NCBI GenBank assembly: GCA_032128115.1
Contig: JAQBHB010000009.1
Location: 1 to 14,759 of the forward strand
Direction: 5' to 3'
DNA from: Deltaproteobacteria bacterium
GTDB taxonomy: Bacteria; Myxococcota_A; UBA9160; SMWR01
DNA: 14,759 nt
Shown: one piece after another, positions 14,119-14,759 of the stretch
Layout of the letters: every line of letters begins with the position of its first letter
Position numbering within the stretch: position 1 is the first letter of the stretch
Position numbers and translations under genes: made by a program
Notes under the pieces: generated by a model
Told to the model about the DNA's origin: nothing
The model's database searches: none
Seen by the model: the letters and a program-made list of their open reading frames with translations, nothing else

Positions 14119-14121
14119 GAC

Positions 14122-14759
14122 TCAGGCGTCCGGGTCGTAGCCCAGATTGGGCGTGAGCCAGCGCTCGGTCTCCTCCAGGGACATTCCCGCGCGCCGGGCG
14201 TAGTCCTCCACCTGGTCGCGGTCCACCCGCCCCACGGTGAAGTAGCGGGCCTTGGGGTGCCCGAAGTACAGGCCGCTCACGCTGGCCGCCGGCAGCATGG
14301 CGCAGCTCTCGGTGAGCTCGATGCCCTGGGAGGGCGCCTCCAGCAGCTCGAAGAGCCGACGTTTCTCGCTGTGATCGGGGCAGGCGGGGTACCCGAAAGC
14401 CGGGCGGATGCCGCGGTACTTCTCCGAGATCAGCTGCTCTCGGGAGAGCTCCTCGCCCACTCCGTAGCCCCAGTCGGATCGGGCCCGGCGGTGCAGGCAC
14501 TCGGCGAAGGCCTCGGCAAGCCGGTCGGCCAGGGCCTTGGCGAGGATGGCCGAGTAATCGTCGTGGGCCCGCTCGAATTCCTGGACCAGCTGGTCGAGGC
14601 GGTGTCCCGTGGTGACCGCAAAGCCGCCGAGGTAGTCGGGTGCACCGGTGGTTGCGGGAGCGACGAAGTCGGCAAGGGCGTAATTCTTCCGCCCATCACT
14701 GCGGATGAGTTGCTGCCGCAGGGTGTGGACCACCTCGAGGGGCTCCTTGACGCCGTCTT
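14122..14759 (-). CDS. metH: Cobalamin-dependent methionine synthase, C-terminal SAM-binding reactivation domain (5'-truncated by the window edge)
   Basis: [66 protein letters not shown] and [21 protein letters not shown]. The frame is open to the window end. Confidence 0.97.
   Translation of the reverse strand, partial: DGVKEPLEVVHTLRQQLIRSDGRKNYALADFVAPATTGAPDYLGGFAVTTGHRLDQLVQEFERAHDDYSAILAKALADRLAEAFAECLHRRARSDWGYGVGEELSREQLISEKYRGIRPAFGYPACPDHSEKRRLFELLEAPSQGIELTESCAMLPAASVSGLYFGHPKARYFTVGRVDRDQVEDYARRAGMSLEETERWLTPNLGYDPDA

Overview
High-GC bacterial chromosomal window with no RNA genes, CRISPR array or mobile element. The gene mix is suggestive of a Myxococcota/deltaproteobacterium-like organism, which is an inference only. 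In order it holds: the 3' end of a repetitive multiheme c-type cytochrome (12 CxxCH plus 1 CxxxCH visible, built from ~46-aa di-heme modules); a minus-strand run of SMUG1-type uracil-DNA glycosylase, alkaline phosphatase, a CatB/Vat-like O-acetyltransferase split by one in-frame TGA, an NTF2/SnoaL-like protein and a secreted vWA protein; a divergent mlaF-mlaE-mlaD-mlaA-mlaC lipid-transport operon; an acetoacetate-decarboxylase-family gene with a clear sigma70 promoter; a SAM methyltransferase; a small secreted His-rich protein with a textbook C2H2 zinc finger (hidden in a longer ORF-track call); a bufferin-type RiPP cluster (six-Cys precursor, DUF692/MNIO, DUF2063 partner) with no DoxX or ECF sigma neighbour but a perfect palindrome upstream; and the 3' end of metH. 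The best leads are the bufferin cluster with its tail-to-tail secreted zinc-finger neighbour, the in-frame TGA just before the acetyltransferase's presumed catalytic His, and the tandem-module cytochrome.
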